The notes: generated by a model not told the origin, from the sequence alone. A DNA stretch of 64,000 nucleotides from Candidatus Vogelbacteria bacterium (GCA_903864935.1 CAIPHT010000017.1:16096-80095), one strand, 5' to 3'; counted from the stretch's first letter, positions 54,533-63,868 are shown. Program-made: numbers and translations.

Positions 54533-54622
54533 CAAAATTACTAAGCTTCGCTTAACTGCAGGGCTACAAATAAGGTGATTTCTGGTCTTGACAGAGAGGG
54601 GTCATTGGTGCTATAATTAAAA
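54533..54622 (+). promoter_or_regulatory. Repeated ~90-bp promoter module, copy 2
   Basis: caaaattactaagcttcgcttaactgcagggctacaaat...TTGACA (54588), 18 nt, TGcTATAAT. Confidence 0.75.
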
Positions 54623-54674
54623 GAGAGTAACTTTGTATCGTCTAGTGCTTCTAAACTTGAGACAGGAGGTCTAT

Positions 54675-54872
54675 ATGGACAAGATTTACGAGGACAATGA
54701 CTTGATTGTAAGTGTTGATTCAGACCTTGGGGTTGTTGTTGAGTTGAAATCTCGCGACAATGTCGGTGTCAGGATTGACCCCACCCTGGGGTCCTTGGTT
54801 GTCCAGGTGAGAGCTGGGTCGGAGATGGTTGTCTCCGGGAAGGGGATGACGGAAATCCGAGCCTTGACATAG
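54675..54872 (+). CDS. Small hypothetical protein (65 aa)
   Basis: SD AGGAGG before ATG 54675; terminator hairpin at 54886-54940. Confidence 0.6.
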   Translation: MDKIYEDNDLIVSVDSDLGVVVELKSRDNVGVRIDPTLGSLVVQVRAGSEMVVSGKGMTEIRALT

Positions 54873-54988
54873 AAGACTTTTTGTCACCGCCGGACGACCA
54901 GCGAGAAATCGCTGGCTCGTCTGGCGGTTTTTCGTTTTTATACACAGTCTGGTCGGGCAAAGTCGTGAATTTGTAGTATAATTAAATC

Positions 54989-55384
54989 ATGCGCTTTCTA
55001 GCGATTATTGTTAACTATATCATCTGGCATTATACGCGGGCGATTTTGGAATTCAGTCATATTTATAAAAATATTCTATCTTTTCTTTTTAATTTCTTTT
55101 CGATCCCGATTCTTATTCGTTCTTATTTTGCCCCGTGGCGTCGCATGGGTGAAGATTATACCAAGAATATTGTCACGGACTTGGAGGATGTGGCCTCGGT
55201 CTTTGTGGTGAACACCATTATGCGTTTGGTGGGTATGGTAATGCGCACGATAATTATTGTCTTGGGGCTTCTCTTTATTGCTTTGGTTGCCTTGTTTTAT
55301 CCCATCTTACTTTTTATCTGGCTGATTATGCCCTTGATTTTAATTTTCCTAGTAACGCTCGGGGTTGGCCTAATTATCAATTAA
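54989..55384 (+). CDS. Hypothetical membrane protein
   Basis: WHY...FFSIPILIRSYFAPWRR plus hydrophobic helices; 3 nt upstream of the Clp-like gene. Confidence 0.75.
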   Translation: MRFLAIIVNYIIWHYTRAILEFSHIYKNILSFLFNFFSIPILIRSYFAPWRRMGEDYTKNIVTDLEDVASVFVVNTIMRLVGMVMRTIIIVLGLLFIALVALFYPILLFIWLIMPLILIFLVTLGVGLIIN

Positions 55385-55387
55385 GAT

Positions 55388-57838
55388 ATGGATATTAAAC
55401 AAATTTTAAAAAGTAGTCCGCTTTATCCTGTCCTTGTTGTGGAATCTATTTTGTCTTCGCGTTGGCGAACCTTCATTATCAAGCTTAGCAGTATATTATT
55501 GCTCTTATTGTTTGCTCTCGCCACCTTCTTTTCCTTTGCCAATCCGGAGTTGGTCTTGGTGGCGCCTCGGGTTTGGGGCTTGGTTTGTCTCGCCCTTGCC
55601 TTTTATATTATGGCGAAGATGACGGAGTGGCACTTCAACTCCTCTTATTATTTTGATAATGTGGCGCTCAATCGCTATAAGCCCGGCGATCTCTTTACCT
55701 TCACCGTGGGGCGAGTTCTTATGTCGACCAAAGGGGGAGATGTCCTTGCGGGCTTCATGACTTCTTCGGTTGGACACCATATTCTCTCACGTTGTGGTAT
55801 CTCAAGCAGTGACATTAAGAAATTTCTTGAATTGCGACCGGTGGGACAATTCTATAAATTGCCGATTAATTCTGATCGAGTTTTGAAATTGCGCGAGCTT
55901 GGCACCTTTCTCTTCGAAAATGACAAAAGTTTTTCACAATTTCTCGCTGAGCACGGTATCAACCAAGAAAAATTAATCGGAGCGCTCAATTGGGTGGTCT
56001 ATGAGATTGAGTTCGGCGAATATCGCAAGCGTTGGTGGAGTGAGACCAATCTGGCTAAATTGCCTGGCATCGCCAAGGATTGGGGCTTTGGCAACACTGG
56101 TACGCTCGATCAATACAGCTGGGATTTAATTTATGGGCTCGAGTTCTCATCTGACCTCTACGAATATTCTTCGCGTCTAGACGAAATCAGCCAGATTGAA
56201 ACAATTTTATCGAAACAAAAAGAGGCCAACGTCTTTATTGTGGCCGATACTTCGGGGGAGCGAATGGACGCCGTCTGGCATGTTGTTCGACAAATTAAAG
56301 ACGGTACGGCTTCGCCCGCCCTCGAGCACAAGCGTCCCGTTCTCTTCAATTCGGCCGTCTTCCTCTCTCGTTTCAAAAATAAGTCTGACCTGGAGACCGA
56401 GTTGCTAAAAATTTTTAGAGAGGTTAGCTCGGCCGGCAATGTTATTTTAATTTTTGACAATTTCTCAGCTTTTCTTCGTGGTTTCGAAGCTCTGCAATCT
56501 AATTTGCTCGAATTGCTTTACTCTTTTCTTAATTCTAACGCCGTTCAGGTCGTCGGTCTTACTAGTAATGATGACTTCCATCGTGACCTCGAGAATAATT
56601 CTACCTTGATGACCCTCTTTGATCGGGTTTTTATTCGTCCACTTCCGGTCGAATCAATTATCCATAATCTAGAGCAAACAGTTTGGTCAATTGAGGCGCG
56701 CTATAAATTATTCTTTACTTATCCGGCCCTCTTGGCCATTGTCACAGGGGCGGACAAATATTTTGCCGTTAGTGACTCGGGCGATAAGGCAGTAGATCTC
56801 TTGACGGAGATTATCCCTTGGGCGACAGGTCGAGGTTATAAGGTTATTGGCGAGGACGAGGTCAATGAGTTATTGCAGAGCAAATCAGGAATTCCGGTTG
56901 GCAAAATTAACGAAGCCGAGAAAGAGAATTTAATGTTGTTAGAGAAAAATCTTGCCAAGCGAGTTGTGGGGCAAAGTGAGGCGATTAATCAAGTTAGCAA
57001 TGCTCTTCGTCGAGCTCGCTCGGGCATACGCAACGACAAGAAGCCGATTGGCTCTTTCTTGTTCCTTGGCCCGACTGGTGTGGGTAAGACTGAGACAGCC
57101 AAGGCTCTCGCCGAAATTATGTTTGGTAATGAGAAGATGTTGCTTCGCCTCGATATGGCTGAATTCCAGACCCCTGAAGGGGCCGACACCCTTATTGGTT
57201 CGGCGGCCGATGGCAAACCGGGGGTCTTAGCTAATCTGGTGCGCGAACATTCTTACGGCGTCTTATTGCTTGATGAGTTCGAGAAGGCTCACGCGGACGT
57301 CCACGATTTGTTTCTCACTATTTTTGACGAGGGTTATTTTTCTGACAAGAGTGGCCGACAAGTAAGTTTGCGCAATATGATTATCATTGCCACTTCTAAT
57401 GCTGGAGCCGATACTATCTGGGAAAGTCTCAAGGCTGGCAAAAAGCCAGAGACAGACGTCTTGATTAATGATCTGGTCGAGCGAGCCATCTTCAAGCCCG
57501 AATTATTGAATCGTTTTGACGCGGTCGTGATTTATCATCCTCTGGCCGAAGTTGAGCTTAATCAAATTTCTCGACTAATGCTTGGTCGCTTGGCTTCGCG
57601 TTTGGCTAACCAAGGTGTCACTCTGATGATTAGCGATTATTTAGTGCAAGTGGTGGCCAAGCTTGGGGCCAACGAGGTCTTTGGGGCTCGCCCAATGCAA
57701 CGTTTTATCCAAGATAAGATTGAACAACAAATTGCCGATAGCCTTATCCGTGGAGATGTGGCGAGTGGTGGGATTATCGCTTTCGAACCGCAAACTGAGA
57801 CACATGAACCAATTCTGATTGTCAAAAATTTAAAATGA
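55388..57838 (+). CDS. Membrane-anchored ClpA/ClpC-like AAA+ protein with degenerate NBD1
   Basis: Two N-terminal TM helices, NBD1 Walker A replaced by VADTSGERMD, intact NBD2 GPTGVGKT/LLDEFEKAH, FKPELLNRFD, FGARPMQR. Confidence 0.85.
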   Translation: MDIKQILKSSPLYPVLVVESILSSRWRTFIIKLSSILLLLLFALATFFSFANPELVLVAPRVWGLVCLALAFYIMAKMTEWHFNSSYYFDNVALNRYKPGDLFTFTVGRVLMSTKGGDVLAGFMTSSVGHHILSRCGISSSDIKKFLELRPVGQFYKLPINSDRVLKLRELGTFLFENDKSFSQFLAEHGINQEKLIGALNWVVYEIEFGEYRKRWWSETNLAKLPGIAKDWGFGNTGTLDQYSWDLIYGLEFSSDLYEYSSRLDEISQIETILSKQKEANVFIVADTSGERMDAVWHVVRQIKDGTASPALEHKRPVLFNSAVFLSRFKNKSDLETELLKIFREVSSAGNVILIFDNFSAFLRGFEALQSNLLELLYSFLNSNAVQVVGLTSNDDFHRDLENNSTLMTLFDRVFIRPLPVESIIHNLEQTVWSIEARYKLFFTYPALLAIVTGADKYFAVSDSGDKAVDLLTEIIPWATGRGYKVIGEDEVNELLQSKSGIPVGKINEAEKENLMLLEKNLAKRVVGQSEAINQVSNALRRARSGIRNDKKPIGSFLFLGPTGVGKTETAKALAEIMFGNEKMLLRLDMAEFQTPEGADTLIGSAADGKPGVLANLVREHSYGVLLLDEFEKAHADVHDLFLTIFDEGYFSDKSGRQVSLRNMIIIATSNAGADTIWESLKAGKKPETDVLINDLVERAIFKPELLNRFDAVVIYHPLAEVELNQISRLMLGRLASRLANQGVTLMISDYLVQVVAKLGANEVFGARPMQRFIQDKIEQQIADSLIRGDVASGGIIAFEPQTETHEPILIVKNLK

Positions 57839-58884
57839 TTAAAGTTAGGAATTTTTTAATTAGGAATCATCACATTCGTTGGGGAGTTGTTGGCCTTATT
57901 TTTTTGGCGATCATTTTTGTTTTTTGTTTTGCCACTTGGGCTGTAATGAAGATTACTTATTATACTCTCTGGCGTGAGCACTCTATATCGTATCAGTCAC
58001 AAGATTTGGCTAATAGTACCGATATTGAACAGACCATCTCCTCCTATCTTCTTGATAAGCCAGTGACCAATTTGCCTTTGTCAGCAGGGGCCTTCTTAGT
58101 TAGTGACCTTACTTCTAAAGAGACAGTCGTGGGACGTAATGAGGACCAAGTTTTACCCATCGCTTCGGTGACCAAACTTATTACCGCTTCGGTGGCTGAA
58201 CAATTATTAAGACCCGACCAGCCCGTCGTTGTCACCAAGGAGGCGTGGCAAACCTATGGCAATACCGGCCAGCTCAGTGTGGGAGAGAAGTTGCCACTTA
58301 AGATTATTCTCTACCCTTTGCTCCTAACTTCGAGCAATGATGCGGCTGAGGCGATTGCCACTGCTTATGGTCGAGATAAGTTTATTAGCAAGATGAATGA
58401 GTTTGCCAAGAGTATTGGGATGACCCATACCCACTTCGATGACCCGAGTGGTTTGTCGGCTGATAATCTCTCAACGCCTAACGACTTGTCTAAATTGGCG
58501 AGCTATTTGTATGAGAAAAAACCGGAGCTCCTGGCCATTACCAGAGAGACCTCTTACCACTTCGGTCGCCATACTTGGACCAACTATAATAATGTCTCTC
58601 TGATGAAGTATTATATCGGGGGCAAGAATGGTTATACCACTGAGGCCAATCGCACTCTTGTCTCACTCTTCGAGGTGCCAATCAACAGTTCGTCATCAGC
58701 CAATTCTAAGGTGACAGTAAAGAAGAACCGTCTCTTGGCCGTCGTCTTGCTCCAAAGTGATGACAAAAAGAAGGATGCTCGCAATTTAATAAATTATTTG
58801 GCTCGCTACGCCTCCTTCAATAATGGCAAGAACGGCTTCGTGCCGATTAACCCCCCGTCAGTTAGCGGATTGCCTAAAACCTAA
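57835..58884 (+). CDS. D-alanyl-D-alanine carboxypeptidase (peptidase S11)
   Basis: PIASVTKL (SxxK), SSNDAA (SxN), GGKNGYT, N-terminal TM. Confidence 0.88.
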   Translation: MIKVRNFLIRNHHIRWGVVGLIFLAIIFVFCFATWAVMKITYYTLWREHSISYQSQDLANSTDIEQTISSYLLDKPVTNLPLSAGAFLVSDLTSKETVVGRNEDQVLPIASVTKLITASVAEQLLRPDQPVVVTKEAWQTYGNTGQLSVGEKLPLKIILYPLLLTSSNDAAEAIATAYGRDKFISKMNEFAKSIGMTHTHFDDPSGLSADNLSTPNDLSKLASYLYEKKPELLAITRETSYHFGRHTWTNYNNVSLMKYYIGGKNGYTTEANRTLVSLFEVPINSSSSANSKVTVKKNRLLAVVLLQSDDKKKDARNLINYLARYASFNNGKNGFVPINPPSVSGLPKT

Positions 58885-58904
58885 AAATCTTCTTTAATAA
58901 GGGG

Positions 58905-59963
58905 ATGAGTAATTTCTGGCAAGAACTAAAAGATTCTAAAAAGACGTTCTTTGTCTTGGCACCAATGTATGACGTGACCGACGCGGCTTTTCGCCAGATG
59001 TTTGTTAAGTATGGAAGGCCCGATGTTTTTTTCACCGAATTCGTCTCGGCCGACGGCTTAGCTAGCGAAGCTGGGTGCGAAAAATTAAAACGTGAACTTT
59101 ATTTTGAAGAAAACGAGCACCCAATCGTCGCCCAAATTTTTGGTTCTAATCCTGAGACAATTAAAACGGCGGTTAAGTTGATCAAAGAGCTTGGTTTTGA
59201 TGGCGTGGATATTAATATGGGTTGTCCTGATCGTGCTGTCGAGAAGCAGGGGGCTGGCTCGGCTCTTATCAAGAACCCTAAGCGGGCGCAAGAAATAATT
59301 TTAGCGGCCAAGGAAGCCGCCCGTTCGACGAACTCAGGGCAAGGAGACATGCCTGTCTCGGTTAAGACGCGTCTGGGTTATAACAAAATTGATTTGGATT
59401 GGATTAAGAATATTTTAGAAACAAAACCTTCGGCCCTGACCGTACACTTGCGCACGCGCAAAGAAATGTCTAAAGAAGATGCCCATTGGGAAGAGGCCAA
59501 ACTTTTGGGCGAGCTTGGGCGTGAATATGATGTCCCGATTATCTGTAATGGCGATGTTACGAGCGTTGAACAGGGGATTGAACTCGCTAAGAAATATAAA
59601 ATCGACGGCATCATGATTGGGCGTGGTGCTTTTGGCAAACCGTGGCTCTTCGGAGGCTCGGCTGTGAGAAATGCGACTTCAAGTGAGCCCGAAGTCGTTT
59701 TTCGCACAGTTGAGCCAGACTTACCAACAAGACTTAAAATCATGCTCAAGCATTCTCGCCTCTTCGAAAAATTATATTTGCTTGGCCCTACCAATGACCA
59801 GCTCTTCCACGGCCACACCAAGAACTTCGCGGTTATGCGCAAACATTTCAAAGCTTATGTCACCGGCTTCAAGGGCGCCCTTGCCCTTCGCGCCAAACTG
59901 ATGGAAACCCAAAACGCCGACGAGGTTGAAAAAATCATCACCAACTTTCTCAACTCAAGGTAA
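58905..59963 (+). CDS. dus: tRNA-dihydrouridine synthase
   Basis: LAPMYDVTD, TEFVS, QIFGS, DINMGCP, PVSVKTRLG, VHLRT, NGDV, MIGRG. Confidence 0.93.
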   Translation: MSNFWQELKDSKKTFFVLAPMYDVTDAAFRQMFVKYGRPDVFFTEFVSADGLASEAGCEKLKRELYFEENEHPIVAQIFGSNPETIKTAVKLIKELGFDGVDINMGCPDRAVEKQGAGSALIKNPKRAQEIILAAKEAARSTNSGQGDMPVSVKTRLGYNKIDLDWIKNILETKPSALTVHLRTRKEMSKEDAHWEEAKLLGELGREYDVPIICNGDVTSVEQGIELAKKYKIDGIMIGRGAFGKPWLFGGSAVRNATSSEPEVVFRTVEPDLPTRLKIMLKHSRLFEKLYLLGPTNDQLFHGHTKNFAVMRKHFKAYVTGFKGALALRAKLMETQNADEVEKIITNFLNSR

Positions 59964-59970
59964 TCAATCG

Positions 59971-59984
59971 TTCACGGTCGTGAA
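59971..59984. repeat. Palindrome family D core, solitary copy
   Basis: TTCACG-GT-CGTGAA just after the dus stop. Confidence 0.6.
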
Positions 59985-60078
59985 TAGTTTATTACCTAAA
60001 AGAATCTTTTTCGCTTGATTTTTATTTAGACCAGCGCATACTTATTCTTGGGTTGATCAACACATGGAGGACTTTGTT

Positions 60079-60306
60079 ATGAAGAAGTTGTTGGCCGTGT
60101 GGTGTGCGTTTCAGGCGGGGCTTCACAAGGCCGGCTGGTTTGGCATTGTCAAGGCACTGGGCGAATTCGATCACTCCGAATTTCGCCAGAACCTTCCTCC
60201 TGAACAGGCCGAGGAGGTTCGGGCTCGCATCGTTCAAGCGAAAGACGAGGAGGCTGAAAATTTCCATCTCCACTGGGAGCGACGACGACGCCTGCTCTTC
60301 CGCTGA
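60079..60306 (+). CDS. Small hypothetical protein
   Basis: SD GGAGG before ATG 60079; 75 aa. Confidence 0.55.
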   Translation: MKKLLAVWCAFQAGLHKAGWFGIVKALGEFDHSEFRQNLPPEQAEEVRARIVQAKDEEAENFHLHWERRRRLLFR

Positions 60307-60327
60307 AGCATAAGCAAGGAGGTTCAA

Positions 60328-60441
60328 ATGGAAGTCTTAGATGCAATCTTTCTTTGGGATTTTTTCTGGAGGAATCTGAGGCAATTGGTGATGCTGATCT
60401 GGAATCTCATCTTCAATCCTGACAACGTTTTCTTCTCGTGA
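60328..60441 (+). CDS. Small hydrophobic peptide (37 aa); absent from the ORF track
   Basis: SD AAGGAGG; MEVLDAIFLWDFFWRNLRQLVMLIWNLIFNPDNVFFS; terminator at 60446-60488. Confidence 0.5.
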   Translation: MEVLDAIFLWDFFWRNLRQLVMLIWNLIFNPDNVFFS

Positions 60442-60533
60442 GTGTCCGGCGCGGGCCCCATCATGGGGCACGCGCCGGTTTTTGTTTTAGGATGCCTTTT
60501 GTCATCTCTCGAGCTCCTTGCTATAATCTCTTT

Positions 60534-61562
60534 ATGTCTGAAGTTGCCCTATATCGCAAATATCGCCCGAGCAAATTTAGTGAAGTGATTGGCCAGGACC
60601 AAGTCACGGGTGTCTTGGCGGAGTCTATTAAACACGACAATATTGTCCATGCTTATCTCTTCTCTGGACCACGTGGGACCGGCAAGACGAGCGTCGCCCG
60701 TATCTTCGCCAAGGCCTTGGGCACGAGCGATAACGACTTGATTGAGATTGATGGCGCCTCTAATCGCGGGATTGATGAGATTCGCGCTTTGCGTGATGCC
60801 GTGCGCACTCTACCCTTCGAATCGCGCTATAAGGTCTACATTATCGACGAGGTGCACATGTTGACTAAAGATGCCTTCAACGCCCTTCTCAAGACCTTAG
60901 AAGAGCCACCAGCGCATGTTATCTTTATCCTAGCGACCACTGAACAGCACAAAGTGCTAGAAACAATTGTCTCGCGTTGCCAGTCTTACGTTTTTAAAAA
61001 ACCAACTATTGAAATTCTTAAGAAGGTGGCTAAAGATATTGCTAAAGAAGAGGGCTTCACCGTCTCGGATGATGTGGCGGACCTCTTGGCCTTCATGGGG
61101 GACGGCTCCTTCCGTGACACTATTGGTATTTTGCAAAAAATTATCGGTTCATCGGCGGATAAGAAAATTGCACTAGAAGAAGTGGAGAGAATTACCGGCG
61201 CGCCAGCGATGAGGTTGGTTTATGATTTTATCTTAGCTCTCGCTGATGGCAATCGCGACCAGGCCTTAACCTTGATTGATAAGGGTGTAGAGACCTCTAT
61301 TGATTTCAAAATTTTCTTGAAGTTGGTAATGAGAGAAATTCGCCTCGCCTTACTTCTTGTCATGGCCCCATCTTTAGAAAATAAAATAATGAATGAAGCG
61401 GGGGAGAAAGAGACTGAATTTTTCAATACGCTTAAAACCAAACCTCAGTCCAAGATCTTGGCCCCTGCCTTGCGTGAATTTCTCGATACGTATTTACAAT
61501 TATCTGGCTCGTATCTTCCTCAAGTCCCTCTTGAACTTGCGGTAATTAAGATTTTGGGGTAA
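60534..61562 (+). CDS. dnaX: DNA polymerase III subunit gamma/tau (short form)
   Basis: LYRKYRP, HAYLFSGPRGTGKTS, EIDGASNRGID, IIDEVHML, FNALLKTLEEPP, SRCQ; lacks the Cys zinc module. Confidence 0.93.
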   Translation: MSEVALYRKYRPSKFSEVIGQDQVTGVLAESIKHDNIVHAYLFSGPRGTGKTSVARIFAKALGTSDNDLIEIDGASNRGIDEIRALRDAVRTLPFESRYKVYIIDEVHMLTKDAFNALLKTLEEPPAHVIFILATTEQHKVLETIVSRCQSYVFKKPTIEILKKVAKDIAKEEGFTVSDDVADLLAFMGDGSFRDTIGILQKIIGSSADKKIALEEVERITGAPAMRLVYDFILALADGNRDQALTLIDKGVETSIDFKIFLKLVMREIRLALLLVMAPSLENKIMNEAGEKETEFFNTLKTKPQSKILAPALREFLDTYLQLSGSYLPQVPLELAVIKILG

Positions 61563-61628
61563 AAATAGAGTGGAGTTTGTAACATTTGTTCAAGACCTTG
61601 CGCAAGCAAGGTAAGCAAGGAGGTTATT

Positions 61629-61961
61629 TTGGGTGTTTATAAGTTGGCAAAAAAGAAGGGGAGTTTCAAGATTGAAGAATTCACTGCGTTTAGTTTTGGA
61701 GCGCTTCGCTCCGGAACGAGGTTTTACACCAACGAGGAAGGCTACGGGTCTTCCTATAAGAAGGAATACCCCGACCCTAAGAAAGAAAAAACCGATGATC
61801 GTAACACTCGTCGACTTGGCGGACGTGGCGGACGTTGCCACTTCTCAGACGAAGATGTTGTGTATGTGGCCTTGTCGGAGCAGAAACGGGTAAAAAGGGA
61901 GATGGCCAAGGAGGCCCTCCTTAGGGTAAATAGCAAGAAAACTGGGCCCAAGGCCCACTAA
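61629..61961 (+). CDS. Hypothetical basic protein, probable paralogue of the next ORF
   Basis: 110-aa ORF with SD AGGAGG upstream; start is uncertain. Confidence 0.55.
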   Translation: MGVYKLAKKKGSFKIEEFTAFSFGALRSGTRFYTNEEGYGSSYKKEYPDPKKEKTDDRNTRRLGGRGGRCHFSDEDVVYVALSEQKRVKREMAKEALLRVNSKKTGPKAH

Positions 61962-61988
61962 ACTGCGGGAGCAGAGGAGGTCTCAATC

Positions 61989-62291
61989 ATGTCCACTCCT
62001 AAGAAACCGAGGAAAAGGAAACGCTATGTCCAATCGCACTTTTTCGAGCTTGTTCCCGGAACCGTTTTCCGTGACGCCGATGAAGGCAGCGGGAAGCGCT
62101 ATGTCAAAATGTTTCTTCCTTTTGAGGAGCAACGGGATCCGAGAAAAGCGAACAGCCAACGCCTTACGTCCAAAGGCGAAGAAGGAGGCTATCGCCACTT
62201 CAGTCCGAACACGAAGGTGTTTGCGACCCAGGTGGAGATGGATCGGGCCACAGATGCTCTTGTGCAGCGGATGAACAGGATTCATCCCTGA
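61989..62291 (+). CDS. Hypothetical basic protein
   Basis: SD GAGGAGG, 100 aa, terminator hairpin at 62309-62350. Confidence 0.6.
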   Translation: MSTPKKPRKRKRYVQSHFFELVPGTVFRDADEGSGKRYVKMFLPFEEQRDPRKANSQRLTSKGEEGGYRHFSPNTKVFATQVEMDRATDALVQRMNRIHP

Positions 62292-62422
62292 CTTTCCCCT
62301 GACCAAGCCGGCCACCAGCGCGTATCGTCGCGCGGGTGGCCGTTTCTATTTATTTTAAAATCAATTAAAAATCTTACTTCGCTCTACTGAGCTCAGCATC
62401 TTCGTCACCTTCGTTCCTCGAG

Positions 62423-62493
62423 CTGCGGGACTTGGAATCGAACCAAGATACTGAGCTTCAAAGGCTCATGTCCTACCTTTAGACGATCCCGCA
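62423..62493 (-). tRNA. tRNA-Gln (TTG)
   Basis: Reverse complement TGCGGGATCGTCTAAAGGTAGGACATGAGCCT-TTG-AAGCTCAGTATCTTGGTTCGATTCCAAGTCCCGCAG. Confidence 0.93.
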
Positions 62494-62721
62494 ATATTTA
62501 CTAAATTGTTCTAATATTAAACACTTTTTTCTGACTTTTCGCAATAATGGGCAAAGGCCCTATTGACCAAACTTTATATTAATTGTAGTTTTAAGTCAGA
62601 TTGGGTCTGGTGCCTGATCGTTGAAATCGGATAAGGTGGGTCGTCTGCCCGCCAAGTCCACAGACCTCTCCCCTGGGGAAGAGGTTGGCAATGCAGCTCT
62701 GGTGGCTGCGGAAAGGATGAG

Positions 62722-63750
62722 ATGGGAATCGCAAATACGAGTTTTCGACTTGAAGTCTATCTGGAGTCGGCGAATTTATCGTTGCTCTGTCAAGTTAAGC
62801 CGATGCCTCCGGCTGACCGAGTATCGCACATCGATGGTATTATCCGTTTGGTGGTCGGGACTGTGGCCGAGCTTGATGCGGCTTCGGTGAAGTCGGCGAC
62901 GGAGAGGGAGCTTGTGTCCCTTGTTAAATCGCTCAACCTGGCCATCAAGGATCAGTACTCACCTATCGGGGATGAAAATGAAGATGCCTACGTCAAAGCG
63001 ATTGGCACTGCCTGTCTGGCTCTCTATGAGTCCTTGCCAGAGCGCTTCGACATCCTTATTGGCCTGAGGAGAGCACTCCTTGACCTTATGTTGGCCAGCT
63101 GGTCCTCAGAGTGGACCGAGGTCGAAGATACCGAGAAAAAGATCGTTTTCATCCTTGAAGCCACAACGGCCGATTCACGGCTCGACCAACATGTTGCGGG
63201 CTGGCTACGGGCCCATTTCTTTAGCGGGAGCATGAATTCTGTGCAGGAGTTTCGGGGCGAAATCCTCTGCCGCAAGTTGATGAAAATGGATGCGTCGAAG
63301 CGGCCGACGGCGATCATGCGGGCCGTCCTTGCGCATTGGTTCCGGAATCTGGATTCGCCGACGGCTGCCGCCCTCTACAAGGTCGGAGTCTGCTTGACGG
63401 AAAACCCTCCGGCGTTTGATGCCGCGGCCGCATCAGTCATTGCGCACACTGATGCCGTCAGAGCCCTTGCCTACAAGGCCACGGTGGTTGTGGATTGGCT
63501 TAAGGGGAGCGACAAACTGCTGGCCTTCGACTTCCGCATCAAGCACCTCGACCCGGCCACGGGGAGGATTGACCTTGAGACAGATCGGTTCGATGGCGGC
63601 TACTTTACTCTCGCGACCATCTTCCAAGAGGCTCGCGTTACTCTCATGCCGTACAAGGAAAGAACGGGCGATGACAACTTCACGGTCATGCTGACCCTCG
63701 TGGACAGCGGGGAGCAACTCAGGGCAGACGAGACCGAAAAAATCTGGTAG
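62722..63750 (+). CDS. Hypothetical protein (orphan, GC-richer)
   Basis: 342-aa ORF with SD AAGGA and a terminator at 63774-63811; no recognisable motif. Confidence 0.7.
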   Translation: MGIANTSFRLEVYLESANLSLLCQVKPMPPADRVSHIDGIIRLVVGTVAELDAASVKSATERELVSLVKSLNLAIKDQYSPIGDENEDAYVKAIGTACLALYESLPERFDILIGLRRALLDLMLASWSSEWTEVEDTEKKIVFILEATTADSRLDQHVAGWLRAHFFSGSMNSVQEFRGEILCRKLMKMDASKRPTAIMRAVLAHWFRNLDSPTAAALYKVGVCLTENPPAFDAAAASVIAHTDAVRALAYKATVVVDWLKGSDKLLAFDFRIKHLDPATGRIDLETDRFDGGYFTLATIFQEARVTLMPYKERTGDDNFTVMLTLVDSGEQLRADETEKIW

Positions 63751-63773
63751 GCACCACCAGAACATTGAATTAC

Positions 63774-63811
63774 GCAGCCCGCACTGTCAAAAGTGCGGGC
63801 TGTAGCTTTTT
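63774..63811 (+). terminator. Rho-independent terminator
   Basis: gcagcccgcact-gtcaaa-agtgcgggctgt-agcttttt. Confidence 0.75.
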
Positions 63812-63868
63812 ATTAAGAACCAATGTTTGGATATTGACTCTTATCTTATAGTGAAATAAAATTAAGTT

